A program made the translations under genes and the position numbers. The notes beneath the pieces were generated by a model. That model was given only the letters and a program-made list of their open reading frames with translations, searched no databases and was not told the DNA's origin. A DNA stretch of 63,722 nucleotides, the filler included, from Phoronis australis (Eukaryota > Animalia > Phoronida): NCBI GenBank assembly GCA_002633005.1. It is 8 parts of 8 records of this genome, joined end to end, with 100 filler letters (N's around TTAATTAATTAA, not from the genome) between each part and the next. Parts side by side here need not be neighbours in the genome. Positions count along the whole stretch, not along the records: positions 1 to 3,587 come from NMRA01000945.1; positions 3,688 to 6,630 come from NMRA01003313.1; positions 6,731 to 23,601 come from NMRA01001245.1; 5 more parts are not named here. One strand, given 5' to 3'. Below, piece after piece: positions 1 through 13,396 of the stretch. Positions within the stretch are counted from its first letter, which is position 1; each line of letters starts with the position of its first letter.

Positions 1-412
1 GCAGTGGCGCTGCGCACTACGACTCCGTTTCCGTCGTCTGCTCCACTGTGCAATGAAGAAAATTTACTTCAATTTTTAAAGAAAATGGAATCTGAGTGAC
101 GATGAAAAAACAGAAGCTGCTGGTAAGATGTGGATTTTAATCCAAGCCTTAGTGAATCACTAAGAAACTCTGTTTGTCAAACCTTATCTTAAGACGATTT
201 CCAAAGCAATACCGTCATTATTGCCAACATGAAAAATGGATTTGGTCTATTGGGCATTTGAAGACTATTTCAAATACGACAAATTTGTTAAGAACTGATG
301 GCACAAAATATAAAACGTGTAAAAAGCATTACAAAAAGAAGTAGGTTTAGCACGCAAACGCTGTGGACCACTGATAAAAAAGTAGGTCTTTTAATATGAA
401 ATCAGTGGTGAA

Positions 413-491
413 GTCGTGGTGGTGCAGTGGTAACGCACGCGCGCTTTATCCGCCAGATCGTGAGTTCGAGTCTTTGGTACTTGCAGTTTTT
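413..491 (+). repeat. tRNA-derived SINE head or tRNA pseudogene
   Basis: Pol III A-box-like TGGTGCAGTGG (420-430), B-box-like GTTCGAGTC (464-472), then a T-run. No clean cloverleaf could be drawn. Confidence 0.45.
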
Positions 492-914
492 CCTGTTTGA
501 CACGTTCTCCGTTTTTTGCCTTTTTTTCTTGGATAATATATCAGGAATCAACGAAAATGCTTGATTTTTAGAGGTAAAAACAGAAAAATTTCCCCCCATT
601 CGGTGCTATGCGCATCTACAATCGTTCAGTTTGCGCAAATGCTTGCAGCCGGACAAAATGTTGGCTCCCCCCCTGTGATATCCTAGATCCGCCATTGCAG
701 ATGGGTACATAATACCAAATGGGTATTGGCCGATTGCCTACCAAGTGGGTCGAGCAAAACGGCAAATTCAATTACAAGTACCAAATGGGTACAACTGCCA
801 AATGGGCAAATATTATATAATAAAGTACCAAGTGGGTACATCAAACAGCCAACTGGGCTATAACAACCTGCAAAGCAGGTTCCGGACAAGCTGAGTGAGC
901 AGACCAGCCGGAGT

Positions 915-1110
915 GATAACTACACCTACCATAGACAGGCATCACACACCACACCCACCACAGACAGGCATCACACACTACACCTACCACAGACAGGCAT
1001 CACACACTACACCTACCATAGACAGGCATCTCACACCACAACTACCACAGACAGGTATCCCACACTGCACCTACATCAGATAAACATCCCATGCTACCAA
1101 ATGCAGGCAT
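915..1110. repeat. 29-bp minisatellite (about 6 units) in an intron
   Basis: AGACAGG recurs at 933, 962, 991, 1020 and 1049. Unit is approximately TACACCTACCATAGACAGGCATCACACAC. Confidence 0.9.
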
Positions 1111-1405
1111 CACAAAATACACAGTATTCTTTACTGTGGCAGGATTCTCTTTCTATTAACAACAAAAACATTGAAACCATCAGCAACTCAAGGAAACCCT
1201 TCAGACTTTATTGAAGTTAACCAGCCCTAAAATGGCATAGGTATGAATTACCTGTGACTTGCGTTGGTAACGGAAATGGAACCCTATCACAGTAAGGATT
1301 ATTACGAGACCGGTTTTAAGAGAGCATAGAAGGCATTAACTCAACTTTTCGTTGTTTGGTCACTAAACAAGGTCAAATGAAGCTATAATGGTATAGCAGC
1401 ATTAC

Positions 1406-1577
1406 CTTCTACACATAATATATCAGCATCTCTGTTGTAGTACGCCCTCACATTCAGACTGCCAAACTTTGAAGGGTGATTGTCATGGATACTCTGTTCC
1501 TCCACGCGCTCCAAGTAGTAGGCCGTAATAAGTTCACTGGTATGTGACTTTAACATGGTCAGCTGTCCACACAGGTT
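1406..1577 (-). CDS. BAIAP3: Munc13-4/BAIAP3-like protein, exon (end of MHD2, start of C2B)
   Basis: AG/GT bounded, 172 nt. NLCGQLTMLKSHTSELITAYYLERVEEQ...FGSLNVRAYYNRDADILCVE matches the family pattern T.ELI..YY..R..EQ...GxL.VRAY...L.VE. Confidence 0.8.
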
Positions 1578-1952
1578 CTGAAAGATAATCAATGTAATTT
1601 ATCAGTTTACAATTAGGTCACTTTAAAGGCCTGCACCTGCTTTCTACTGTCAGGAAAACAGTGAGAACTGAACACACTATTATCAAATGGAACAAGTCGA
1701 TCTGATGCAAAATACATTGTTTAGTGGCATGCTCCTTTAACAAGATCAGCTATCCAAGCTCCTTACTGTTAAGGGAAGCATGAAGGAAAATTCCTTGCCT
1801 GCAGTTATACACAACTCCTCTGCCAATGAGTAATTACAGAATTCCTCCTGCTGTACTGATCTCAACCATCACCTGCTCCAAGACTTGGACAATCCATGTT
1901 TTTCTAATCAATTACAGGCAAGTAACAATGTTAACCAACAAATAAAGATTAC

Positions 1953-2066
1953 CTTGTAAAGGTGGTTGTGCAGTGTTTCCTTTGGTAAGCCCTTTTCATC
2001 GGCGTGGAAAAAATCTTCTAGGATCATTAAGCCTTCGTAAAGACGTTCACAAAATGCATTGGTTTT
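1953..2066 (-). CDS. BAIAP3: Munc13-4/BAIAP3-like protein, exon (MHD2)
   Basis: AG/GT bounded, 114 nt, phase 0. KTNAFCERLYEGLMILEDFFHADEKGLPKETLHNHLYK contains the FFHAxxxGL motif. Confidence 0.85.
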
Positions 2067-2350
2067 CTGTAAGTAAGTGCCACCATGTTTAACTTGCAAG
2101 GAATAATCACTGCATGCCCAATAGTCACTAATGCTCAATAGTCATTGACGACCGACATTTGCTGATGATCAATTATCACAGACCATCAATAATCACTGAC
2201 CACCAATCAGACCATCAATAACCACTGACTACCAATAATTACTGACGATTACACTGAATACACTATGCTGAATACTATAACAATTGTAAATTTGGAGCTT
2301 CACACACAGACTGTGGACTAGAACATGACACTGAATATTGAGGTTCCTAC

Positions 2351-2426
2351 CTCTTCTTCAGAATTGAGCACTTCCAGAAACTCTTCCAAACTTTCGACCC
2401 AGATTGAGTCAAGAATTCTTAGGAAG
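2351..2426 (-). CDS. BAIAP3: Munc13-4/BAIAP3-like protein, partial exon (5' part lost at the N at 2427)
   Basis: FLRILDSIWVESLEEFLEVLNSEEE followed by a GTAGG donor. Fits the NF.R.L..IW segment of MHD2. Confidence 0.75.
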
Positions 2427-2909
2427 NATTCTATCAGATGTTCTATTGCCTGAAAGAACAGCAGACAAGACAGCAGGTAAGCACAGTAACACAAGAGATT
2501 ACCATCGTGCCTGGTCAGCTCTCAATGCTATGGAAATCAGCAGGTCGACATTTGTGACCTTGCCAAAATTCCAGGTAATAGATTCCAGGTCTTAGTTAAA
2601 AGTTCCAGCTCATGAAATGTTGCGGCCCTAAACAGTGGCTGGCAAGAAGAGGGTTCTTAAAGTATTTTTAACAGGAATCTCACAAGTTGCCTCTATTTCC
2701 GTCAGTTATGGAGAGAATTGTAAAGAATCAATTCACATGAGTTTCGTTTTTGGCCCTTAAAAGCCAGTATATTTCTGTACAATAGACAATTTATCTGAAA
2801 ATATTTGCCAACTCAACCCCAAAGGCCAAAACATATTTTTCAAACTCCCCGTGAAACACAACAAGCATTGCAGAATCACAATAAAAGAGATTGCTGAAGC
2901 AGACATTAC

Positions 2910-2978
2910 CTCATCAGCAGGCATCGACTCTGGAGCCCAGCACAGATGGAATACATCTTTCTTTATGTCTGGTCTCAT
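2910..2978 (-). CDS. BAIAP3: Munc13-4/BAIAP3-like protein, exon
   Basis: TGTTTTAG acceptor and GTAATG donor, 69 nt. MRPDIKKDVFHLCWAPESMPADE resembles the invertebrate FHLAWSPDSLP segment. Confidence 0.75.
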
Positions 2979-3829
2979 CTAAAACATTTAGAAAGACAAT
3001 ATAGCATCTAACGACACAAACAACTTTCACAGTTAATTACGCACTTTTGCCTGAGAACTGAACCTATTAATCTATGATCACTGGCAGAGCGCAACACAAT
3101 CTTTCGATAAACAATCAGCCATCAATCCTCAGTACAAAGAGTCAGGCAGCTCTGCTAGGTCAGAAAATTATTTTAAAATATATTTCAAAAGACGTGATTT
3201 ATAATTTTCAGAATCTGACCTTATTTAAGGTAAAATTCATAAGTTTTTGCAACAGCTCTCCAGTATTCAAAGTTTTATCAATCCATTATTATTTTAAAGG
3301 ACACTTGTTCAAAGTCTTGGTATATTCATCGCATGTCCAGACAGCAGGAATAAAGTAGATCATTAAACAGACATTGCAACGACAGGGTGAACAATGGTTA
3401 CAATTCGAGACTGGTCATGTCTCATTTTTACAGATGTACAAAGGTCTAGAGGATGGTAAGGGGCAGCTGCTATATGTATGACTAGAGGAAGATTGGGGGA
3501 CAGCTGAGGTACAGAGGCCTGGAGGATGGCTGAGAGAGGGTGATGTGTAGATGCTTAGAGGATGGCTGGTGGATGGCAGATGTACGGNNNNNNNNNNNNN
3601 NNNNNNNNNNNNNNNNNNNNNNNNNNNNNNNTTAATTAATTAANNNNNNNNNNNNNNNNNNNNNNNNNNNNNNNNNNNNNNNNNNNNAAACGCGCGGAGA
3701 TCAATTGTGCGCGCTCTTCCGTCGACACTTCTGAAGTAGCCAAGCATGAAAAAAAAACTTTTCCCGAAGAATTGCTGTTGTGGCTGGCCCCGTGGTCTGG
3801 TCGCGAGTCCGTTTGAAGATACACTCTAA

Positions 3830-4480
3830 CAAGTTATGTCTATTCAAGGAATGGCCAAGGGGGACTCACATTGACAAAGTGACTGCATTCGCAAAAAGTG
3901 TACAGTACCAGAAATTGCAGAGAGGCTGTTCTTTCACAACAGTCTTGCGAGACTCGTGCGATGTTCAGTAGGCCTCCTGAGGAGCCCTAGTTCTGACCTC
4001 AACACCTACCGTCTTTCTACCTGCAATAAACACACTGCCGTCTTCTATACTGGGAATTTCCTCAGAAAGGCCCACCTGATGAAACGCTCATGCCCATGAT
4101 GTTAGTACTTCGGGTTTCAAGCGTTCAGACATTGGGACATTTATTTCGAAAATTGCAAGAGATGCAAATAGGTCCTGGGATACATCATCAAGGTTCGAAG
4201 TAGTCCATGATGAACGGATCAAATTTAGTTGCGCATGTAAGTCTTTTGAATGGGCTTGGCAACCTCAAGGGTCTTAGTGCCAACTGAGCTGCAAAACTAG
4301 ATGCTGACATCGAAGAGGCTTACAAGCTCATTGACACAGCAGTTGACGAGGTGCAAGCGTTGGGAACAAACACCGAAAATATCTGGGTAGAATGGTTCCA
4401 AGACAAGCAAACCATTGAATCCGATATACAGACTCCTCGGCAGTCTTGACAACAGAAGGATAGGACTAACGTATGAGTAA
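3830..4480 (+). pseudogene. Degenerate hAT transposase fragment (P52rIPK/ZMYM1-like type)
   Basis: Broken frames give LGNLKGLSA..LQKLDADIEEAYKLIDTAVDEVQAL...VEWFQ...TPRQS*QQKDRTNV, similar to the hAT LQK...DI..A...I...PR...Q..R.N region. Contains stops and frameshifts. Confidence 0.6.
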
Positions 4481-4544
4481 CCACTGGGGATTAAAAAGTA
4501 CCTAGAGAGAAGTTTTCAATTCAAAATTTTTTGCATAGTACACT

Positions 4545-5200
4545 TTAGGTCTCGCGACGGACCAGGCCAGCAGGACTTGTGTAAATGTTGAGTTTCAGTG
4601 TACTTCTGGTCCCTCGGCGAACTAGTCTTGTGATTTTTTTACCAAAGTGCTTTGCAAAACTGTTTATCCCAGCCAGTATTGTTTGGTCCCGTGACAGATC
4701 GACTATTTTTATAGGGATAATAAGCACAGGTGTACTCTTGGTCTAGTGACGGACCAGGTCAGCTTAGTGTAAATGTTGAGTTTCAGTGTACTTCTGGTCC
4801 CTCGGCGAACTAGTCTTGTGATTTTTTTACCAAAGTGCTTTGTAAAACTATTTATCTCAGCCAGTATTGTTTGGTCCCGCGACAGATCGACTATTTTTAT
4901 AGGGATAATAAGCACAGGTGTACTCTTGGTCTAGTGACGGACCAGGTCAGCTTAACTTGTGTAAATGCTGAATTTCAGTGTACTTCTGGTCCCTCGGCGA
5001 ACTAGTCTTGTGATTTTTTTACCAAAGTGCTTTGTAAAACTATTTATCTCAGCCAGTATTGTTTGATCTCGCGACAGATCGACTATAATTTTTATAGGGA
5101 TAATAAGCACAGGTGTACTCTTAGTCTAGTGACGGACCAGGTCAGCCTTTTTATGTATTCTCAGTGTACATCTGGTCCCTCTGCAAACTAGTCCAGTATA
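4545..5200. repeat. Tandem array of about 190-bp units (about 3.5 copies)
   Basis: GACGGACCAGG at 4556, 4748, 4936 and 5131. Units are near-identical. Confidence 0.92.
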
Positions 5201-6774
5201 TCTTTTCACCACTGTGCACAGGATGTTTTGGTTTCGTGAAACTGTTTTCAGATGATTTGTTTCCTGAAACATTTGACGTTTTTCAATTGTTGTCAACCTG
5301 ATTCAGCTTAATAAAGTGATTCTTAATTATTTATTGTCGCTTTTAATAATAGACTATAAGCTGAGAGCACCATCGTTCGCCAGTTTTTTCTCGCAACGAG
5401 ACAGAACACATGTTTATTTCCGGACTAACAGCACAGGTCTTCGTTCTTAAACAACTTGAGGCTGCTGTTACGCGATCATCTGATATTCATTCAAGTTTTT
5501 ACGCCCCGTCGGTGCTCCTTATGCTCTTGAATATTTGGAGGTTGTCTAAACCCCTGTATACACACCACACTTTTTCGAATACGACTTTTCGTATGTTCCA
5601 ACAAAAAATTGGCTGGTGGCGTGACTCATACCCAGTTGTGCACAATGTGGTTTCACGAAAATTATGAGCCAAGTTCATGTGACGAAATCGAGAAGTGTTT
5701 TTAGTGATCTTAAGAAAAACTTCAGAGACATTTTAACTGCCAGAAACTTACCAGGATGCATGGAAAGTTCACTATTTGGCTACAAAAACACAAAAATGTC
5801 TTAAACGGGATGGGGGAACCCGCTCGGCGCCACGCTCCTAGGATTCGACCTTTGCGGGAATCCTAACCCCTCACACTGAAAACGTATATCCGCCACTGGA
5901 AAGACAGTTCAAAACTCACGTCAAATGTCTCGAAGAAGAGGAATCAATTATGCAGCAACAATTTCCATACTGAAAACGTAGATCCGCCCCTGATGCCTGA
6001 TTGCTTTCCAACGCAGCGGGATCGTCGTGACCTCTTGCGTCCAGTGTCAATTTTAAATGTATTCAATTTCAGTTTCACACAGTTATTAATTTCAGCAAAT
6101 CAAAGTACGGGTCACATCTTCACTTTCCACATTGCCCAGTTAAAGTAATGCAAACTACATGTAATGTGCTAGTTTTTGCCTCTTCAACGCTTTTGGCGAT
6201 TCAAGTAGATGGGTCGAACACAATTTCATGTTGTTAGCACAGGGCTATGAACATCTTGATTTCAAAAGAATGGTTAAAACACGGTGTGGACATTTCGCTA
6301 CTGTAGCTTGATTCAGACTCGCCCATATTCAAGCCAGTTAATCGATAACAGTGCCGTATTTTTAAAGAGTTTTGTATGCAAGAAGGGAAACTGCCAAATT
6401 TGTCAAAGTGAAGTGAAGTTGTTCGTAAAGCTTCGCTGCGAAATTTGGAAGTCAAACCTTACGTTTGCAACAATATTCTGGTTTAGTCGACCGGTTATGA
6501 GACGCAACATAAAATACACCGACCACTGAGAAATAGAAATTATGCGACGTACATGTACATGTAGAGGTACCTCATATTTGTGGCTAAATTTACTTTTAGT
6601 ACGCACTTACGTATGAATTGCATATAAGACNNNNNNNNNNNNNNNNNNNNNNNNNNNNNNNNNNNNNNNNNNNNTTAATTAATTAANNNNNNNNNNNNNN
6701 NNNNNNNNNNNNNNNNNNNNNNNNNNNNNNTTGTAGTCTGTCAAATAGATTCACTCTTGTTGTCTTCTTTGCAG

Positions 6775-6900
6775 AAAACGGTGAGGACGTTTATGACGAA
6801 GGAGTTTCAGGTGCGACCTCTGGTGGAGGCATGTCTGAGCTGCAGAGGACACTTAGGGCGAGACGTAATGTTATTCACGATGTGGAAGATTACGAATCAC
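6775..6900 (+). CDS. Orphan internal exon of an unidentified gene
   Basis: Polypyrimidine tract and TTTGCAG acceptor, GTGAGT donor, 126 nt. Open phase 1-1 reading gives NGEDVYDEGVSGATSGGGMSELQRTLRARRNVIHDVEDYES. Confidence 0.55.
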
Positions 6901-8711
6901 GTGAGTAACAGGACTCTATCTCATTGGTTAGAAATATTGGCTCGGGGGCAAATTGTTATGATTTTTTTTCTAGAAAGCACCATAGATTTTGGTCCCTATT
7001 CCATATTGTTTTATTTGTTGTTGGTAAAAATTCATAAACAAAAACTGTTTGAAAGAAAACCTACTTTCAAACTGCAAACAAGGTACATACTTTAGATCGA
7101 TATTTGGAAGGGCCATTGATTCGAGGACCAATAGTTTGACTGTATCTCCTTAACTTTAAAGGATCTTTGTGAGATTTGATGGATGTGCTCATATGGAGAT
7201 GGCAGCCGATGACAATGAGTTTCAGACTAATCGGATTACAGCTATGTCCCTTGGTGTAAATTCTTTCTCCTATATCTTAGGAGTTTCTTGGCTTATTTTC
7301 ATAAGATTTCGCAGATATTTTTGTATTAAAGATTGACAACGCTACCTTCTTAATTTGGACGAGTTTGATGCCTTCTGCACCATCTATTGGCCATTTTTAT
7401 GGGACCAAAAACACCTGCAGAACAACACCATTTGCGGTGCTGTCGTGGGCGCATTTAATGCTCCACGATGTTGTGCTTGTTAGTTTATCAGTTAAATTTC
7501 ATCCGTGCAGAAGGCCAATATGCTGAAGTGTCATTATACTGAAAGGCAAGTGGTTTGAAAGGCTTGTCCGAATTTGGAAAAAGTATACCAAAGGTGGTAA
7601 AAATTTCAAATAAAATTAAATGCATAACAATTTGTAATACTTTTACTGTGCTGTAGGAAAATATGCATTCTGTCTCAATAAATGGCGATTGTTTCTTAAA
7701 TGGGTTTACTGAGATTTTATTGGAAATGTCGAACCTGCAAGGTAATTCCTTATCTCTCTGGTTTGGCCAAATTAGAAAAATAGCGTATAGCGACGATGTG
7801 AATATGAAGTAGGTTGAAATTGCCAAATGTTTTGAGAATGTTTTTTGTGGCGAAAATGATCTACCGCAAATCACTGAACTGTCTCCAGCTAGTACATTTT
7901 ATCTTGATGTGGTGCTGGAGAATAACACTGCCTGATGTGAGCATGTGAGCCCGTAAGGTACGTCACTAGTGCGAAGGTCGCCTAGTTTTAGAATTTTTTG
8001 ATTTCACAATTACAAGTTGTCAATGAAAGCAACTGCACTTTGTTTAGCATAGATGATGTTCAAATAGCATGGTTGTCGAGTTCCTGTTATACATTAGCTT
8101 AGTTAGGAGCATGCAAATACATTCTTTGAACACCCATTGGTTACCTGAGACGGGAAGTAGCAAGCTTCAACCTGCCACCAAAGTGTCGAGGAATTCACAA
8201 ATTAGAATGATGACGTCAATAAGTGCAGAGCCGAAGAGTCATCATTTTTCAGACTGTCATCCTTTGGACCACTTGCTGGAATTTCATTTCGGATTGTCCG
8301 CCCTTCAGACCAATGGCCCTTTGCACTGCCACGTCAACCTCCACAAATTACGCAATGTCTGGCCGGTTGTATACTGTATCATTTGTAAAACATTTCATTC
8401 TAGAATTATAGTCACTATGAGGGCTTGTTATCTAAAGTCACAAGGGTACTGATTTTTCAGTGTTGAAAGTTTGTTTGTAGGTTGTTGTTTTTGAAACATG
8501 TACTATTGTCCGTGACTTCTCTGTTTTAGCCGACAGCTTTCCCCAGCCTCCTTTGACAAGGGGGCGTTTCAGTAGCGAATTAGCGGTACCTGTTGGTGTT
8601 ATTCCTAGCCAAGGCCGTCGGTTTTCTGGTGCTGCCATCAATTCACAACAAAACCTTGGTAATAATTTGCTATTATAACCATCTTCAGTTCTGGATGTAG
8701 CATTGATACCT

Positions 8712-8850
8712 AGGCAGATCCAGGGGGTCAAGGGGGTCCGGACCCCTCTTATTTTTATTTTTGTGATGTCAAACCTAGAATTGTCGCATTGCTGACTTTG
8801 ACCTCCTTTGATCTGCTTCCCCCCCCCCTTAAAAATTTCTGGATCCACAT
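8712..8850. mobile_element. Short hAT-like MITE
   Basis: GGCAGATCCAGGGGG start, CTGGATCC end, internal GGGGGTCCGGACCCC palindrome. Confidence 0.5.
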
Positions 8851-9779
8851 GTGTGATAGTAATAAATGTAATAATAACAATGTTGATTTCTAATGGTAGT
8901 GATGATCACTTTACAACTACTACAGAAGTTCATAGCAGGCCAATGTCAGTGAGTTCTAAAAGCTACGCTATCACTCATTCAACATGGTGGAACATGCACA
9001 GCGTTTCAAGTGCCTTTTAATATACAGAAAAGTGAACACTGTGAACTGTCTTCGTAGTTTTGACAGTTCATTCAGCATCTCACCACGCTTTTCACTAATG
9101 TATTTATTTTAGGTAAAATAAAATTAAGTAATGGTGTTGTTTATTTATTATACTAACAGCAGTACAATAGTATTTATTTTATTGATATAAGCGAATTGTT
9201 CATTCTATAATAAAATTTTGTACCCACTCTGAATGGGGCTTTTTTGTCACTTAGGAATGAGACGTGCGAACAAATCAAACATAAATACAAGTACAACAAA
9301 TACACTTGCTTGCAGACTTAAAAAAATGGCAAATTGCCCAGTAGGAAAATGTTAAAATAATAATTTTAATCCTTTTGATCTGGTAAAATCTGAAAGTAAA
9401 GGTATTTTGGAGGGATGCGTTAAGACTGAGTCACATAAGGGACAATTGAAATATAAACTATAGCTCCACTCAGTTTGAGTAACTGCATACACACGATAAC
9501 CTTTCACGTGCAGGATCGTGTGCAGTTAGCTACGAGTTGGTGCGTATATATGCCTGCGCATGCATGTGCGTGTATACATATTGATAACAGCACATCCGCT
9601 GCTATGTATCATTCTCAACATTCTAAATATTCACATTCATAACTATGACAATGTGAATTCACACTCTTACAATATTTATTTAGCTATGATCTACATACCA
9701 ATTATGTAAAATTCGAGAGCAAACCGTCTGTATGCACCCTGCTTGTTGGTGTGTCTCATTTGGTTGGCTCTCAGTCCGG

Positions 9780-10125
9780 CAGTGATGTCATCGAATACCG
9801 TTGATCTGCGAGTCGAGTGATGTCAGTGAACATGATGTCTCAGAATGATGTCATCGGACACGGTAAATCAACTGTCTCGCAATGATGTCATCAGACACTT
9901 ACTCTGCTGTTTGGGAATGAGGTCATCGGACCCTGTTAGTCAGTTTTATGGAAATAATATCATCAGACAGTTAATCAACTGTCTGGGAGTGATGTCATTG
10001 GACAATACAGCTGTCCAGGAGTGATATCATCGTACATTGTTAATCAGCTTTCTGGGAGTGACATCATCGGACAGTGCTATTCAGCGGTCTGCAAGTGATG
10101 TCATTGGACACTGTTTAGTCAGCTT
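9780..10125. repeat. Degenerate tandem repeat of about 35-40 bp (GTGATGTCATCGGACA core)
   Basis: GATGTCATC/GGACA motif recurs about 9 times at semi-regular spacing. Confidence 0.8.
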
Positions 10126-11245
10126 TTGCTCTTCTGAAAAATATTTCCAGTTAACAAAACTTCTCAAATATTATTGTATTTCTTAATGTTAACCTTGGTA
10201 GTATATACCTTTAAAGGCTGCGTCTTTAATTTTTAGGTGGGCGTGGAGGTGGGCTTTCTTTTGAAGAGGAACTGAAACAGAAGTTGGCGAGCCATTTTAT
10301 CTATGAATCAACATAAACACCGAGAGCTCACAAGCAAATACAACTATTTTTCTATAGCTCGGTTAGTTATGGTGCACAGAATAAGGTTTATATAGCCTGA
10401 ATTTACTGTTATTGTGATAAAAATAAGAAACAATTCTTTTGTCACCCATTTAGAGTCCTAAACTGTTGACAATTTGTCTTATACACTGTGATATCGTCTT
10501 GCTCATTGAGCCTTTTTGGGTTGTCTCAATTATGACTTGTGATGACTTGACCCTTGATCCCATCTGGCAATCACCCAGTAATGGCTGGTCAGATTCTCAT
10601 GATGACACTCTTAGACACTGCGCTTAAGCAAAGTTTTATAAAATGCTATTAGTAATTGTTTTTAAAATGCTCCATCTTTGCATAAGGAGCTATCAGAATG
10701 GGGCTTCCACGATTTTCTGTTCATGAAGGAACCCAAAAGTTTCATAAAATGAACGCAGAATCGTAGTTTAGGAAGCTGTAACAGTATTTTTGAGATTTCA
10801 TTTTGAATATTTAAATCAACAAAATTTGGTCTTCTTATTTATACCTTAATTTTCCTTTGAATTTACTTTTTGTTGCATTATTTTATAAAACACGTGGTCA
10901 AGAGACCTTAATATTGTCGGATTATCAAAAAGTCAAAAATTATAAAGGCTTTCTACGTTTAGAAAGTGTATTTACTAGTGACGATCTGTACTTTCCCAGA
11001 TGTTTGAGCAAATACGTAGGCCCGTAAGCAATGGGTCATACATTACTTTAACAACCAAATTTGGTTTGTGAAGTACAGGGTACTGCAGCAATGCTTTGGT
11101 GTGTTTGGGATTACCTTTGAACCAACTTCAGCTGGGTTCTCAGTAAAGTGTAATTGCTATAGCTAAATAATTCTTAGCAAATGTATATGGGTTTCACTGT
11201 TTTAAGTAACATTATGTATAAGGAGGTAATGTGGTTGTAGTCATA

Positions 11246-11516
11246 TTAGTGCAGTTTATAAATTGCAGTTTCTGTAATGCAGTTTATACAATGCTGTTGA
11301 TATAGTACAGTTTATAAATTGCAGTTTATATTGTGCTGTTTATATAATGCAGTTTATATAGTGCAGTTTATATAGTGCAGTTTATATAGTGCAGTTTATA
11401 CAATGCTGTTGATATAGTGAAGTTTATATAGTGCAGTTAATACAATGCTGTTGATATAGTGCAGTTTATATAGTGCAGTTTATACAATGCTGTTGATATA
11501 GTGCAGTTTATATAGT
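11246..11516. repeat. Satellite of about 16 bp (TATAGTGCAGTTTATA)
   Basis: Directly visible tandem repeat. Confidence 0.92.
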
Positions 11517-12456
11517 CCTGGGGCCCCTTCCAACCAAACTGACTTAACTAAGACGAATCTCAAATTTTAGTAAATTTTAAAATAAATGCTAAATTTGTAT
11601 CAAAACCAATTCAAGAAAGAGGTTTTAAATTTAACTTAAGTGTTGGACATAAGTTTTGTCTTAACTTTGACTAAAGTATCAAATGTGGAAGTTTCAAAGT
11701 CTGGAAGTTAAGTCAAAAATGAACCTATTAAGTCAGTTTCTTGAAACAGGCCTCTGTTTCCCCAGCACGTGTTTGTGTGTGCTGTAAACTCTGTCCTTTA
11801 AATTTTGATTATTTTGTTTGTACAAAACTTAACTTCTTTGATGGATATAATTTAACTGATATACATTTGCTGCTTCTGTTTTGACAGTATGAAAGTTTTG
11901 TGACAATCCTGTCAAGCATTCCAGTTAGTGCATGGAAGACACCTGAATTTTCTCTGTTTTTACGATTTGAGACTGATGTCCACAAAGTTGTGGTCATCTA
12001 CATGTATGAACGTCCTCCTATTCTGCTCTCTGCTGCTCAATTGCCATGAAACCGTCCGTGGGAGTTAGGGTCTTGTGTACCAAGACCTACTGTTGAATAG
12101 CGCCATCTGGTGTGGCTAATACATATAGTGCTTAATTTTGATAACTTCCATCTTAAGGTCAGTGCTAATTGGAAAATATATTTTGTAGAATTTTAAGAAT
12201 TTTTAAGCATATACTTGATAATTAATAATTTTATTGATACAAGTCAAAATATAAGTTGTGTGCTCCCCATGATATACTTTATCAACCATTATTTTATTGT
12301 ATTATTTTGATTATTTATTCCGACTTTGATTTTAACTGGAAACTAAGCATTTAGAAGTAATAACAATGCACCTGTTGCGTTTTGGCATTCCATTGATTTA
12401 AGGTTTGTGACAGCCTGTATAGAAGATGGTTACTTTTATGATCACTTTGCTTATTA

Positions 12457-13396
12457 CCGTACTCGTCCGCGTTACCGCCCAGGGCGCTTAAATTGGGAAT
12501 CTAAAAAACAGGGGTTGGGCGGTAAGCCGAGCATGGACGGTTAAAATCGAAATTTTTGAAAAGTCAGGAGTTGTTGCTTACTGCATGGAGGACCGATTTT
12601 AACCGAAGGGAGCTATGCTGACGTCGGACTTCATGCATATCAGTTAAAATATAGGTCGGGGGATTGAAGTAGGCCTAACGGACTTCGACTGCCTGCGCAC
12701 ACCATACAGCGACGTCGTGATCCTGAGCGTGATTAGGTTTTTACGTACTTCGGTCGCTGCTGGTCATCTCTTAGAACTGAGGTATTCCTAGAGGTAGGTG
12801 TGCGTTCAGTAGGGCAAGTTTCTTGACAGAAAAGACTCATCAAACAAGTTTCCACTAGTTCACGGTGTTTTTTTAAGAGAAGCACTTGATTGTGCAAAGA
12901 TTTGCTTCCCGCTGGACACTTAGCCAACTAAGTACGTGCTAATGATTGACAGGTGTTCTTGTTGAATTGTTAGAACAATGTAACATTTTATTTACATTGT
13001 ATATTTCCTTTTGAGTTCAGAGCCAACACCGCTGTCGTTCAAAGGATGTTCTCAACAATTGGACGACACTACTATTAAGCAATAAGGGTACTCGGTCAGC
13101 TGGCAAAATAATGAAGCAAAAACACATCTTGTATAAAGTCATCGGGCTAATCAGAAGTTAAAAAAATAATAAGTTTTTGACCACGAAGAACGTGGACAGA
13201 ATGTTCGACTTGCGCTAATGACAAGTTGATTTTTTGGGCTCTTGCTTTTGGTTGGGCGCTTCCATTTTGGTGTCGGGAGTGAAAGTCGTTATTAACGTGT
13301 GTTTAACCAAGACGGGAATAGCAACACAAGTTGGCGTTTAAAAATTTCGGGTATGGGCGGTAAGTCGAGCATGGGCCTTAACCCGGATAAGTACGG
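12457..13396. mobile_element. Tc1/mariner-pogo-like non-autonomous element (TA|CCGTA...TACGG|TA)
   Basis: Imperfect TIRs CCGTACTCGTCCGCGTTACCGCCC / GGGCCTTAACCCGGATAAGTACGG flanked by TA. Subterminal GGGCGGTAAGYCGAGCATGG occurs near both ends. Confidence 0.75.

Noticed and set aside
3588-3687. TTAATTAATTAA flanked by N runs, recurring seven times in the window
   Set aside because: Artificial six-frame-stop linker used to join contigs. It is not biological, and adjacency across it is uncertain.
4545-5200. CRISPR-like array
   Set aside because: Whole units repeat, with no unique spacers. Eukaryotic context and no cas genes.
5249-5270. CAGATGA...GAAAC hammerhead-like string
   Set aside because: Core mismatch and no stem II pairing.
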